64,000 nt of DNA from Minisyncoccota bacterium (lineage in GTDB: Archaea; Nanobdellota; Nanobdellia; Pacearchaeales; GW2011-AR1). The translations under genes and the position numbers were made by a program. This document shows, one piece after another, positions 20,619-31,072 of this stretch. The stretch covers positions 85,061 to 149,060 of the forward strand of contig DAOTCN010000001.1 of the NCBI GenBank assembly GCA_035453125.1, given 5' to 3'. Numbering within the stretch: the stretch's first letter is position 1; each line of letters starts with the position of its first letter. The notes below the pieces were generated by a model. The model made no database searches and was not told the DNA's origin. It was given only the letters and a program-made list of their open reading frames with translations.

Positions 20619-20720
20619 TCACTTTTTATTGGAACTTAAGATACTTCATTATATTTTAAGTCTATAAATAACTAATTAATAAGTTATTTTTAAGTTTATG
20701 CTTATTAAATAAAATATTTC

Positions 20721-21197
20721 CTAAAAATCAATATCTGGATTTCTATCAAGATAATCCAAGAGTTGAAGAGATATTAAAACAGATGTTGCATATCGCCTTC
20801 CATTATCTATTTGTTCTTGAGTTGGACGTCCTTTACCTCCCCAAATACCACATTTTTCAGTTTCTCCAGAATATCTTGGTAATCCTTCAATTATACAAAC
20901 ATCACCATATGTTATTTCTTTTACGGGAATAAAAATGTTTACTGAAAGATTTTTTGAATCTAACCAGAATAATCGTTTTAGTTGATCTTTTGTAATTGGA
21001 AGTTCTCCACTTTTATACTTTCTAACATCTTCAACAGTTGTTCCTAATTTTTTTGCTAAAAATTCATCAGGGTATTTTTCTTCAGATAAAATTTGAAATA
21101 ATTTATTTCTAATATATGTTCTTATTGTTGGTCCTTCTGCCTTTACTTTATCAAAATTGATATATTCACGAAAGTAGTTTTGATCTTTATCCGTCAT
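20721..21197 (-). CDS. HTH (XRE-like) domain protein
   Basis: FLAKKLGTT..VRKYKSG..PI. Confidence 0.55.
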   Translation of the reverse strand: MTDKDQNYFREYINFDKVKAEGPTIRTYIRNKLFQILSEEKYPDEFLAKKLGTTVEDVRKYKSGELPITKDQLKRLFWLDSKNLSVNIFIPVKEITYGDVCIIEGLPRYSGETEKCGIWGGKGRPTQEQIDNGRRYATSVLISLQLLDYLDRNPDIDF

Positions 21198-21227
21198 TTT
21201 TAAGAATTTTATGATGTTTATTTAATA

Positions 21228-22733
21228 TTAATTTGCACAAGTTGTTCCAGCACACATTGGTTCTAAAGTTCCTTCATTTGCTATAATAACAGTAATACAG
21301 TCATGAGGGTTTTCTATTTTTTCTTCATTGTTTTTCCAGTCTGCACTTTCACAACCCATTCCGCAGTCATCTTGAAGCGAACAAAATTGAGGGTTTGAAC
21401 ATCCATTTTCATCAACAGGTTCGTTTGGTTCAGTGTCTGGACATTCATCTTCATTGTCACAAACACCATCATTATCTTCATCATCACATTCATCTGGTGT
21501 ACATTCTCCATCTTCACAATCATTTAAACAGTATTCGATTATTTGAGTGATATTTTCTGAAAAACAACTACCACTAATACAGCTAGGAATTGTTGTTATA
21601 TTTATAACCTTATTTCCTTGACAAGTTATTTCTGAATTTGGACTTCCACAATTTTTTAAAAACAGGCTATTATTATTACTAAAACACTGAGCATTATCAC
21701 AGCCCATTTCAGTTGACTGATTATATACGTCTAGTCCAATACATACTAGTTGTGAAAAACTATTTCCACAGTCTATTGTTAAATCAGGAGATCCAGTTAT
21801 GTTATAACATTCTCCATTTGAGCAACCTTGAGTTGTTGTAACTCTAATTATATCATTGTTCGAACAAGAGTAAACTGATGAAGATAAGTTACATGTTTTT
21901 ATTGTTGTATTTGAGCTTGTAAAAATACATCTCCCTATTGGTGGCAGACATTTTTCTGAGATGCATCTTTCACGTTCGAAAATACAATCAGGAGTTATTG
22001 TCATGTTTATTACATTAATTCCAGAACACATTAATTCAGAACTTTCAATTCCACAATCACTATCACTTGAGCATCCAGAGGGAATGACTCGATAATTATC
22101 TCCTTTTACATCAAATTTAACTTGATATTCTCCACAATCGTCTGAAGAGATATTATAAGCTGCTATACAAAATGATTCAGAAGAATTAATAATTCTTGTT
22201 CCAGAAGCAACAATTTCATTTGGATCACATGAAGCACCACCAGGTTTTCCAACTATTGTCCAGTTATATGTTCCTGATGAAAATCCATCTCCATTGATGT
22301 AAACTATTTCATTAATAGAATATTTATTTACATCTTGATTTTGAGAATCACAATTATTTTTTGTTGTCCAAATTGCAGCATCTGTGAATAAAATTGTTGC
22401 TGTGTTTCTTCCATCTGTTGAAATAACATTATAATTTCCTTTTATTCCATTTAAATTGTAAATTGCAAAAAATTTTCTATTTGAATCTGAAACTGAAAAA
22501 ATAGTATCAATTGTTAGATCAGGTCGAGTTATCTTTGTGATTATTAATGAATTTGGTAAAAATTCACTTCCACTAATATAAACAAATTCATTTGGAGAAT
22601 AATCTGTTTTGGGATTTCCAAACAAGTCAGTTGTTATAATTGTTGCAGCTTGTGCAAAGCTAATAACAGTCACTATTAAAAATAGTAAAAATGTTACTTT
22701 GTTTCCTATAACCCTCTTTTTCATTAATTTCAT
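21228..22733 (-). CDS. Secreted Cys-rich surface protein with ~40-aa repeats and TSP3-like Ca-binding motif
   Basis: Signal peptide, repeated C.G..V...T...C..G.C units, DEDNDGVCDNEDECPDT...VDENGC. Confidence 0.75.
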   Translation of the reverse strand: MKLMKKRVIGNKVTFLLFLIVTVISFAQAATIITTDLFGNPKTDYSPNEFVYISGSEFLPNSLIITKITRPDLTIDTIFSVSDSNRKFFAIYNLNGIKGNYNVISTDGRNTATILFTDAAIWTTKNNCDSQNQDVNKYSINEIVYINGDGFSSGTYNWTIVGKPGGASCDPNEIVASGTRIINSSESFCIAAYNISSDDCGEYQVKFDVKGDNYRVIPSGCSSDSDCGIESSELMCSGINVINMTITPDCIFERERCISEKCLPPIGRCIFTSSNTTIKTCNLSSSVYSCSNNDIIRVTTTQGCSNGECYNITGSPDLTIDCGNSFSQLVCIGLDVYNQSTEMGCDNAQCFSNNNSLFLKNCGSPNSEITCQGNKVINITTIPSCISGSCFSENITQIIEYCLNDCEDGECTPDECDDEDNDGVCDNEDECPDTEPNEPVDENGCSNPQFCSLQDDCGMGCESADWKNNEEKIENPHDCITVIIANEGTLEPMCAGTTCAN

Positions 22734-22827
22734 AGGTTATTGCTCTTTAAAAATAAAATTAACTTTTGATACTATTTTTTGATTGTATGATACTATAAGA
22801 TATATATCAGGAATTAGATATTTGTAA

Positions 22828-24042
22828 TTAACTAAACAAAACTCTTTGAACACCAATTATACTTCTTAATCTTCTTAATGTTTCTTCATTAACTTGTTGA
22901 TGAACAAGACAGTTTGTTATTACTTTTCCATTTTCTGCAATTTGTTCAGACTTCATATCTCGAATGTTTATTCCATTATTCCCTAGTATTTGAGTCATTT
23001 GTCCAAACATTCCAGGAATATCTTTATGATAAATACATATAGTGTATATTGAACTTAATTCTTCTGAAGGTTTTATTGTATTAACACTGTTTGAATAACT
23101 TCCATTTAATAAATAATCAGCTGTAACTCTTGCAAGTTCAATTGATGTTTTTCTTTGACCTTCGTTTGTAGAAGCACCTAAATGTGAAGTCATAACAACA
23201 TTTTCAAGTGTCGCTAATTTTTTCATTGATTCTGTTGTTTCTTGATCTTCGTTTTTTGGTTCATTTTTGTATGAGTCTATTGCAGCACCATAAAGTTTTT
23301 TGCTTGAAAGTGCTTTATACAATGCCTCTTCATTAACATTATTTCCTCTTGAAGCATTTATTAAAATAGCATTTTCTTTCATTTTAGAAAGTTCATTTTC
23401 ACCAATTATCTGCTGTTTTCCGCCAGTATGAAGAGAAATTACATTTGATTCAGTTAAAAGATTGTCTAAATCAGTATATTCTATTACTGAATCTGGGAAG
23501 TTTTCTTTTAGGTAACTAATATTTGAGTCATAACCAATAACATTCATTCCAAGAGCTCTTGCTTTTTCAGCAACTCTTTGACCAATTCTCCCACATCCAA
23601 TTAATCCTAAAGTTTTTCCTTCAAGTTCTATTCCAGATAATGATTTCTTTTTCCAAAATCCTGATTTTAATGAAAAATCTGATTGAGGTATTTTTCTTGC
23701 AATAGAAAATAATAAACCAATTGTATGTTCTGCTGTTGCATTTGTAACTCTATTTGGTGCAAATTTTACAACAATTCCATGTTCACTTGCAGATTTAACA
23801 TCAATATTGTCTACACCAACTCCTCCTCTGCCAATAATTCTTAATTTTCCATTTGTACCAGCTTCAATTATCTCTTTTGTAACTTTTGTTTTACTTCTTA
23901 CAAGAAAGGCATCAAACTCACCAATTGTTTCAAGAAGATTATTACCTTCTCTATATTCGTTTATATACTGAATGTTTTCTTTTTCAAATATGTTTAATCC
24001 TTCTTTATCCATTCCATCATTAATCAAAACTTTGTATGACAT
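22828..24042 (-). CDS. serA: D-3-phosphoglycerate dehydrogenase-like protein with ACT domain
   Basis: GRGGVGVDNID, GLIGCGRIG, INASRG, HLGAST, C-terminal HKDIPG ACT. Confidence 0.85.
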   Translation of the reverse strand: MSYKVLINDGMDKEGLNIFEKENIQYINEYREGNNLLETIGEFDAFLVRSKTKVTKEIIEAGTNGKLRIIGRGGVGVDNIDVKSASEHGIVVKFAPNRVTNATAEHTIGLLFSIARKIPQSDFSLKSGFWKKKSLSGIELEGKTLGLIGCGRIGQRVAEKARALGMNVIGYDSNISYLKENFPDSVIEYTDLDNLLTESNVISLHTGGKQQIIGENELSKMKENAILINASRGNNVNEEALYKALSSKKLYGAAIDSYKNEPKNEDQETTESMKKLATLENVVMTSHLGASTNEGQRKTSIELARVTADYLLNGSYSNSVNTIKPSEELSSIYTICIYHKDIPGMFGQMTQILGNNGINIRDMKSEQIAENGKVITNCLVHQQVNEETLRRLRSIIGVQRVLFS

Positions 24043-24178
24043 ATTTTCTCATAATAAAAGTTGTTTAAATTCTTTTTGGTATTATTATATAATTAATGTA
24101 TATATTGGATTAATTGTATTATAAAAATAACTAATAAACAAAATAAACCTTTAAAATAAGTTTAATTTTAAGGTTTTA

Positions 24179-24850
24179 ATGGATCGAAGAAGATTCTTAA
24201 AAAAGTCATTGATGGGTGTTTCAGCATTTGCACTCTCATCTGCAGGTTTTGGAGAGGAAAATGTACAAGAAAAAAGCGAGAGCATTAAAAAAATAATTCT
24301 TACAATTGATGACGGACCTTTAAATTCTATGGGAGATATTTTAGAAACTCTTGGAACAGAAAATCCAGTAATATTTTATGAAATTGGAGAGTGTATGAAT
24401 TCATCTCGTGGAATGGACTTAACTAAAAAAGCTATATTCAATGGGCATGCAATTGGAAATCATTCTTATTCTCATCCTGATTTTACAAAAATCTCATTTA
24501 GTTCAGCTGTTAGACAGATTGAGAGAACAGAAGAACTGATTAACCAAGCATATGAAGAAGTTGGAGTTAAACAAAAACAAAAGTTTTTTAGATTTCCTGG
24601 TGGAGCAGAGAGCAGCAGAGTTAAAGATGAACTTGTTGATAGAGGATATATTATTCAAGGTTGGGACACAGATACAAACGATTGGCGATATTATTCAAGG
24701 AAAAAACCACTAAGTGGAGATAGGATAATGAGTTATTGTGCAAGTGCTAAAGACGGTGATATCGTTCTTACACATGACAGACCATTTTCTTTGAGAAAAG
24801 TAATTCCTTATTTTTTGGATAAAGATAGATTTAAGTTAGTTCTTCCGTGA
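24179..24850 (+). CDS. Polysaccharide deacetylase (NodB/CE4) with twin-arginine signal
   Basis: DRRRFLK; LTIDDGP, GNHSYSH, FRFPGG, DTNDW, IVLTHD. Confidence 0.88.
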   Translation: MDRRRFLKKSLMGVSAFALSSAGFGEENVQEKSESIKKIILTIDDGPLNSMGDILETLGTENPVIFYEIGECMNSSRGMDLTKKAIFNGHAIGNHSYSHPDFTKISFSSAVRQIERTEELINQAYEEVGVKQKQKFFRFPGGAESSRVKDELVDRGYIIQGWDTDTNDWRYYSRKKPLSGDRIMSYCASAKDGDIVLTHDRPFSLRKVIPYFLDKDRFKLVLP

Positions 24851-24909
24851 GATATTTATTGTTAACTAATTATTAGCTCTTTTTAATAAAGAATCAGCTT
24901 TTTTGATTT

Positions 24910-26529
24910 TTAGAATCTTTCAGTTATTGGTTTAAATGGAGGCTCTTTTGGATTATTTGCTGGATTCAAAGAACTTGGTGTTGCCTGTCTTTCTGGGTAA
25001 TATCTTAATCCTCTTTCAAGTTCGTATATTTTTAATGCAGGCAAAGTTTCTCCTGTTCTTAGAGGAGTGTTAATTATTTTCATTCCTTCTCTTTCTTTGC
25101 TTGTTTCAGGTGCTCCCCATCTTAGTTCAGGAGCATGATTTGGATCAAATGACATATCAAATAATCTTTTTTCAACATCATTTAAAGTTAGTGCGAATTC
25201 AATACCGCTTGAATTTGTATAGATAATTTTTTGCTCTGAAAATAATTTTTCTTTTGTTTGTTTTATTGCATCAATAAGTTGTTCTTTTGATGTAAATCCT
25301 TCATAATCAAAAGCAGGTGATGAAGGATATCCAGAAACCATTGCTTCAAGTCTTTTTCCGATGCTGTTGTATTTATTTTTTCTATCAACATCTGAAGAAG
25401 GAGAACTCCAAGTTTCCCATCTTCCATCTGCTTGATATATATTTGCTTCTGTAGAATCATTTGGAAAAACTATAGAACCATTTGTTAAAACATCTCTCCA
25501 ACCTTCATTGACAAATTTTGCTCTTTCTTTCATCATTTCTCCGAGTTCTGTTATACTACTATTTAGATATTCAATTGGTTTTTCTGTTCCGATTCTTAAT
25601 CTGTTTCTTACAAAGGATTCATAGTCTGATATTTTTGATTCATATTGGTCAAGTGAAAAACCATATTCACTCATTTCACTGTTTGTAAAATGAATTGCTT
25701 GACCCTTTCTTACTCTTGCTAATCTAATAATCTTTAAGCCATCATTCCATTTTTTGTGATCTGAAGATGAGTTAACTGATTGTATTGCTGAAAGTGTTTG
25801 ATTGAAAGTTATTGAGTGATCTGGATGAGAGTCAAGGAAATGAACTTCGCCAGAGTCATCAACCTTTCCAACAACTAAGCAATGGCCATTTGCATTGTAA
25901 GCCATTGTTCCAGGTTTTACAAATTCTCTTGATATTTTTATTGGAAGTGAATCTGTTCCTTCAAGTTCAGGAGAAGTTCTGAAATTACCTGAAACAAAAT
26001 TGTATCCTCCACCAACACCTTCCATTGATGATAAAATAAAATCTCCAAAACTTCCACTAAATGGCATGCTTTTTACATGTCCGATTGGATGATTTCCATA
26101 GGAGTATCTTATATCTCCTCCTCTTTCCATTTTTATTTTTGAAACAATTGCAGGTAATCCTCTTCTTGCTGAGTAGTATAAAAATAATAACATTGGAAAA
26201 CTTCCACAATGAGAACATGTAGTCATTAAATTCATTTCACTGCTTGATATTTGTGGATTTCCATCCCTAAGAAAATCAGGATTATTTAATAAATTCATTT
26301 CGTTATCATCAATAATTCTTCCCAACTTTGCTCCTTTTTGAGAGCTAGTTCCGTTTCTTTTAAAGTTGTAAATATTTTCAACCCACTGAGAGTATTTATT
26401 AAATTCTTCTTTATTCCAGTCTCTAATATGATTCCATGCAAAAATTTGAGAATTTTGTGAATATGAGCTTGAGCAAATAATCCCAAAAGAGTTAATTGCT
26501 GAACTTAAAAGGAATTGTCTTCGATTCAT
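24910..26529 (-). CDS. Secreted protein with twin-arginine signal; possible papain-like Cys-His-Asp hydrolase
   Basis: NRRQFL; HCGSFP helix, NGHCLVV, HFLDSHPD. Confidence 0.65.
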   Translation of the reverse strand: MNRRQFLLSSAINSFGIICSSSYSQNSQIFAWNHIRDWNKEEFNKYSQWVENIYNFKRNGTSSQKGAKLGRIIDDNEMNLLNNPDFLRDGNPQISSSEMNLMTTCSHCGSFPMLLFLYYSARRGLPAIVSKIKMERGGDIRYSYGNHPIGHVKSMPFSGSFGDFILSSMEGVGGGYNFVSGNFRTSPELEGTDSLPIKISREFVKPGTMAYNANGHCLVVGKVDDSGEVHFLDSHPDHSITFNQTLSAIQSVNSSSDHKKWNDGLKIIRLARVRKGQAIHFTNSEMSEYGFSLDQYESKISDYESFVRNRLRIGTEKPIEYLNSSITELGEMMKERAKFVNEGWRDVLTNGSIVFPNDSTEANIYQADGRWETWSSPSSDVDRKNKYNSIGKRLEAMVSGYPSSPAFDYEGFTSKEQLIDAIKQTKEKLFSEQKIIYTNSSGIEFALTLNDVEKRLFDMSFDPNHAPELRWGAPETSKEREGMKIINTPLRTGETLPALKIYELERGLRYYPERQATPSSLNPANNPKEPPFKPITERF

Positions 26530-26742
26530 TATTTTTAGATAAATAATTTCTTTTTAAATTATTGTTTACTTAGAAATATGTTTTCTTAAATGACTTTTAA
26601 CTATTATTTATTTAAAATTATCTTTTTAAACCTAAAAATTAATATTATGTTAGTTGTGTGTATTTTTTATGAAGCAAAAAACAAATCGTTTAGAATTTAG
26701 TATATGTAAAATTTTTTGATTTTTCTTTAGCATTTTCTTTAA

Positions 26743-27381
26743 TTATAAATGTTTAGCTATTTGTTTTTTTCGATATTTAATTGAGAAGAATCCAACAAAA
26801 ATAATTATTATGAGAATTATTATACTAATTACCTGTATATATACTGGTAGTGTTCCAATATATGCAATAAAAAAAGCTAATGGCATAAATCCTATGATTG
26901 TTGCAAAAAAATAAGGCCAAAATTTTATATTAGTAAATAATCCTATTGCATAACTAACTAAATCAATGGGAATGGCTAATCTTAAAAAGATTATTCCTAT
27001 AAACAAATGTTCTTTTGGCATAAACTTTTCATATTTATGCATTTTTGAAATAGGAATGAATTTTTTGATAATTGGAACTCCGAACTTTCTTGATAAAAAA
27101 AATACTGCTGCTGATCCAATTGTCCATCCAGTTAAAGTAAGTATCCCTGCTATAAACCAACCCCAACTTGCAGTTGCTATTGGCATTAAAACAATTTCAT
27201 TTATTGGTGCAATAATACTAAAAACAATTAAAATAAAAATATAGATAATCATTCCTATGAAACTGTCTTTAATATAACTTTTTAATAGCTCAGATTCGGA
27301 CTGTGCAATATAAGAGGTTATTATAAATATTGCAATAATAACAAATATTTTAATTGCAGAATTAATCTTCTCTTTTTTCAT
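26743..27381 (-). CDS. VTT/TVP38 (SNARE-associated, DedA-like) membrane protein
   Basis: G..IGS...F.LSR..G, FLRL..PIDLVSYAIG, YFFATIIG. Confidence 0.85.
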   Translation of the reverse strand: MKKEKINSAIKIFVIIAIFIITSYIAQSESELLKSYIKDSFIGMIIYIFILIVFSIIAPINEIVLMPIATASWGWFIAGILTLTGWTIGSAAVFFLSRKFGVPIIKKFIPISKMHKYEKFMPKEHLFIGIIFLRLAIPIDLVSYAIGLFTNIKFWPYFFATIIGFMPLAFFIAYIGTLPVYIQVISIIILIIIIFVGFFSIKYRKKQIAKHL

Positions 27382-27621
27382 AATAAGTAATAAAATGATA
27401 AGGAGTATATAAACTTGAGTAAAAGTCTGAATTATATTTAGATAATTTTTTATTTTTAATTATTAAATTAAGAATACTTTAAATTTAATATTCAAAAGGT
27501 TTGTAATAAATAAGTTATTAATCATTAAAAATTTTATACTCTTTGTGATGTAATGAAATAAACTTTTTTGATTTAACTATTGTATAATTAAACTTATAAA
27601 TAAGTATTTTATTACAAATTA

Positions 27622-28815
27622 ATGAGCATTTCATTTAAGCAGTTATCAAGAAGAGACTTTTTAAAGTTAGGAGTTGCAACTACTAGTCTTGTAGAAATTG
27701 TTGGAAATTTTAATGCTTTTTCAGATGGAAAAAAAAGTGTTGCAGATATACCTAATTATAACATGAAACAATTTGAATGGAATCCTGAAAATGTTACTGA
27801 TAAAGTTTGTAGTGTTTTTGATAAAGAAGGTCTTTTTGATTCTTTAGATTTAATAGATTTCATAAATGTTTCAAGAAATGGTAATTGGAGAATTGATGAA
27901 TCTTTTGATAAAGGGGGTGAAACAATTTATTTAAAGGAAGCATTGCCAGAAGTTGGAAGTGCTTTGTTTATAGATAATAAAAATAGACAAGTTTATACTT
28001 TGACAAAAGAAGATAAAAAATTGATTGGTAATTTTCCGGAATTAAGATTAGCTGGAATTGGAGATAATGGTCTTTGTGCTTATCTTTCTGCAGTTCAATC
28101 TGAAGATGACTGGGAATGGAATGTTAGAGCACTTGTTTTTGCAGATTTTAACAAAAAAAGAAAAACAATAATTTGCCCTAATGAAGGAAAAAAATGGGAA
28201 ACTGCCTTTTTTACAGGTGATGATTTTATGTCAGGATTTAACATGTCAAGCAACGGAAATGTTGCTGTTGTTTACTCAGGTTCCCTTGAAAATTCACATA
28301 TGTATTTAATTGACACAGATAAATTCGAAGTTGTTCATGAACAAAACAATGCTCTTTTTTCAGGTATGAATTCTGATGGTAGAGTTATTGTTATTGAAAA
28401 AGAAAATGGATACTATAGAAATGATCTCAAGAGTGGTGAAAAAACTTTTTTGTATCGTGGAAACGATTATTTTAATTTAAGTCCTGATGGAAATTTTTTA
28501 GTTGGAACTCAAAATCCACTTATAGGAATTTCTGACTCTGAAGGAAATTATCTAGACACAAGTGGAATCAGAATATATTCTCATTCTGACAAGAAATTTT
28601 TTAATATTTTAAATTTCAGTGATGAATATTTTAAAATTGATGTTAATGACAGGGGAACAGTTAGTCTTGGAGGAGAAAAAAAATCACTTGAATTAAGATA
28701 TGAAAATGGAATGTATAAATTTTATTCTTGTTCTGGAAATAATTTAGCTGATTTTGAAAATGCAGTTATAAAACAAGTTCCCGAAATAACTTTTAAGCCT
28801 TATCCTAAAGATTAA
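27622..28815 (+). CDS. Twin-arginine-signal protein, probable beta-propeller
   Basis: SRRDFLK; repeated MSSNG / MNSDG / LSPDG blade motifs. Confidence 0.7.
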   Translation: MSISFKQLSRRDFLKLGVATTSLVEIVGNFNAFSDGKKSVADIPNYNMKQFEWNPENVTDKVCSVFDKEGLFDSLDLIDFINVSRNGNWRIDESFDKGGETIYLKEALPEVGSALFIDNKNRQVYTLTKEDKKLIGNFPELRLAGIGDNGLCAYLSAVQSEDDWEWNVRALVFADFNKKRKTIICPNEGKKWETAFFTGDDFMSGFNMSSNGNVAVVYSGSLENSHMYLIDTDKFEVVHEQNNALFSGMNSDGRVIVIEKENGYYRNDLKSGEKTFLYRGNDYFNLSPDGNFLVGTQNPLIGISDSEGNYLDTSGIRIYSHSDKKFFNILNFSDEYFKIDVNDRGTVSLGGEKKSLELRYENGMYKFYSCSGNNLADFENAVIKQVPEITFKPYPKD

Positions 28816-28864
28816 TTCTATTTTTAATATAAATGTTTAATAATTAACATAAGTCTTTTGATTT

Positions 28865-29263
28865 ATGAATTTTCTTAAAGATTGGGAGAATTATTACAGA
28901 AAAAGTATATTAGAAGAGCTGAAAGAGGCTGGAGTAGATTTTAGTTCTGAAAATATTTCAAAAATTTTGGAAGAAATATCTTTTAGAGTTAGAAGCAAGA
29001 AATATTCCGACAAGTGCCCTTATTATTCACAAGGAGTTTCATGTCATCCAGAAGTTGATGATCTTAATTGTTTTTTATGTGCATGCCCAAATTATGAATC
29101 GTCAAATTTAGTTGGTGGGTGTAAAATAAATAGTATTCAAGGAAAATTTACTTTTCATCCTAATTTGCCTGAAGGAAAAGTTTGGGATTGTTCAGATTGT
29201 AGTGTAAATCACTCATCTGATGAAGTGAGAAGATATCTTGAAAGAATCCTGAATAAAACTTAA
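28865..29263 (+). CDS. Cysteine-rich small domain protein
   Basis: CPYY..CH..LNCFLCACP..GGC..VWDCSDC..H. Confidence 0.8.
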   Translation: MNFLKDWENYYRKSILEELKEAGVDFSSENISKILEEISFRVRSKKYSDKCPYYSQGVSCHPEVDDLNCFLCACPNYESSNLVGGCKINSIQGKFTFHPNLPEGKVWDCSDCSVNHSSDEVRRYLERILNKT

Positions 29264-29350
29264 TCTTTTTTAGTTTCTTTAATTTTCTGAGTGATCAAGA
29301 ACCATAAAAATAATAAAATTTTTTGACAGTTCGATTTTAGAATATTTAAA

Positions 29351-29443
29351 TGGCCCTAACCAGTACTCAAAAATCAGATTTTTGGTAACCATTCGCACAA
29401 GAGGTGTGCTCAGGTAATCGAATTGGTGTATCCTCGGTGTAAA
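29351..29443 (-). pseudogene. Degenerate 3' half of tRNA-Val(TAC), lacking the 37/38 intron but carrying a 52-nt insert at the T-loop/T-stem junction
   Basis: 29351-29363 is identical to the tRNA 3' end; 29416-29443 matches the spliced tRNA across the exon junction with 3 mismatches. Confidence 0.75.
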
Positions 29444-29493
29444 AAATAAGACCCTTTTTGTTCTATTTTGAGTGATAAGTCTTTACACTTTAA

Positions 29494-29608
29494 TGGCCCT
29501 AACCAGAATCGAACTGGTGCATGCTCGGCTTTTAGAAAGGATTTGTCATGTTTTTTAAGACTAATCTTTCTTGTAAACGAGCCAGTCTAACCACTAGCTT
29601 ATAGGGCC
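29494..29608 (-). tRNA. tRNA-Val(TAC) with 43-nt intron at 37/38 (29529-29571)
   Basis: Acceptor GGCCCTA/TAGGGCC, anticodon stem GCTCG/CGAGC, loop TT-TAC-A, T arm ACCAG-TTCGATT-CTGGT. Confidence 0.9.
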
Positions 29609-29671
29609 ATATAGATTATTTAATAACCTATGAAATATTAATAAACTTATCACTTTTAAAGCTTATCTAAA

Positions 29672-30112
29672 TTAACTTGCTATAACATCCTGTAACTCTT
29701 TATAAAACTGCTCTTTGTCTTTATCATATTTTTCCCTTAATTTTCTTAGATATTTCCAAAAAGAAATATGATGATGCCAATCAATATATTCCCCTTCTTT
29801 TAAATCACTTGATTTATAAAATGTAAGTTTATTAGAATCCTCTAATTTCTTTAAATGTGCAATCTCATGTAATATAATTTCCCATATTTCTTCTTTGTAA
29901 TTTTCAAAATAAAAGACGCATAAAGGAATAAGAACTCTATTGAAGTTTATTTTATTCTTTTCTACATTGCAATTTCCACGAACCGATTTTTTACTAGAGA
30001 TATAAAGACTACAAAATTTTATTTTTATATTGGCATAACTTTCTTTTTCAGCTATTTCTTTAGCCCATTTTTTAATTATTTCTTCTGTCTTTTCTAGTTT
30101 ATCATCTCCCAT
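29672..30112 (-). CDS. SprT/YgjP-like zinc metallopeptidase
   Basis: RGNC, ILHEIAHL, HH..FW motifs. Confidence 0.7.
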   Translation of the reverse strand: MGDDKLEKTEEIIKKWAKEIAEKESYANIKIKFCSLYISSKKSVRGNCNVEKNKINFNRVLIPLCVFYFENYKEEIWEIILHEIAHLKKLEDSNKLTFYKSSDLKEGEYIDWHHHISFWKYLRKLREKYDKDKEQFYKELQDVIAS

Positions 30113-30154
30113 AATAAACTAATAAAACTAACATATTTAGAATTTACTCTCTTT

Positions 30155-30385
30155 TTACTTTTTTATCTTTACTCCATGACAAGTAATAAGCTCAATTTTC
30201 CCCTCTTTTTCAAAGTCGCTTAATAGCTTCCAACAATCAGATTTTTTAATGCCAAAATGAGTGCATAGCTTAACCCAAACATTAGGAAAAGAGATTATAT
30301 TATTTCTTTTTCTGCACTCTTTTAGTTTCTGAAATGCCAGTTCGTTTAAGTCGAATTTTTTCTTTGAGTTCTTCATCATCACCAA
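30155..30385 (-). CDS. Small hypothetical (winged-helix-like) protein
   Basis: Co-directional with and overlapping the zinc-ribbon gene; LL..FEKEGKIEL...GVKI. Confidence 0.5.
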   Translation of the reverse strand: MVMMKNSKKKFDLNELAFQKLKECRKRNNIISFPNVWVKLCTHFGIKKSDCWKLLSDFEKEGKIELITCHGVKIKK

Positions 30386-30656
30386 TAGCCCGGTCTTCCC
30401 AATATTGTACTACTTCCTTATACCATTCATATAAACTTACATCTGCTCTTTTTACTAAATCCTCAAATTCTTCTAAAGACTTTTTATCATTTCTATTTAT
30501 TCCATGCATATAACCTAAAATATACCAAGATTTTGCACACATTTTCATAGTATCGTCAAACCCTGTGTGTATGGGTTTTTCTTTAATTTCAGAACCACAA
30601 TTATTACAAAACTTAGAACCCTCAGAAACTTCTTTTTCACATTTTAAACAATTCAT
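30300..30656 (-). CDS. Zinc-ribbon domain protein
   Basis: CLKC..FCNNCG. Confidence 0.7.
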   Translation of the reverse strand: MNCLKCEKEVSEGSKFCNNCGSEIKEKPIHTGFDDTMKMCAKSWYILGYMHGINRNDKKSLEEFEDLVKRADVSLYEWYKEVVQYWEDRAIGDDEELKEKIRLKRTGISETKRVQKKK

Positions 30657-30757
30657 TTAGAAATGCTGGATTCAAGTTTGTTAAATACTTATATAATAAA
30701 AAATCCAATAAAAAAGATTAACAATCGTATTAAGGTTAATTGTCTTAATATCTATTT

Positions 30758-30952
30758 TTACTCTTCTATCAATGGAAACTTCTCAATTACCATGTACTTC
30801 TTATTCCCAACCTTTACTGCACTTACCTGTACTTTGCTCCCACTTTTCAATCCAATGGCTTTTCCTTCTCTAGTTACTAAAACTCCGATCCCGTTTCCAT
30901 AGGTATTAAGCTGTTTTACAGATCTTTCTATTATCTCCTTGTTAGTTACCAT
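30758..30952 (-). CDS. AbrB/MazE-like DNA-binding protein
   Basis: TYGNGIGVLV...KAIGLKSGSKV. Confidence 0.6.
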   Translation of the reverse strand: MVTNKEIIERSVKQLNTYGNGIGVLVTREGKAIGLKSGSKVQVSAVKVGNKKYMVIEKFPLIEE

Positions 30953-31072
30953 AATATACTTTATATTACAGAAAGATTAATAAATAGAGTAATATACAGT
31001 ATATTACAATGAAAAAGAGTTTGAAAGTTGTAATAGGAATAATCATGATTTTGTTTATTATTAGTTTTAATT

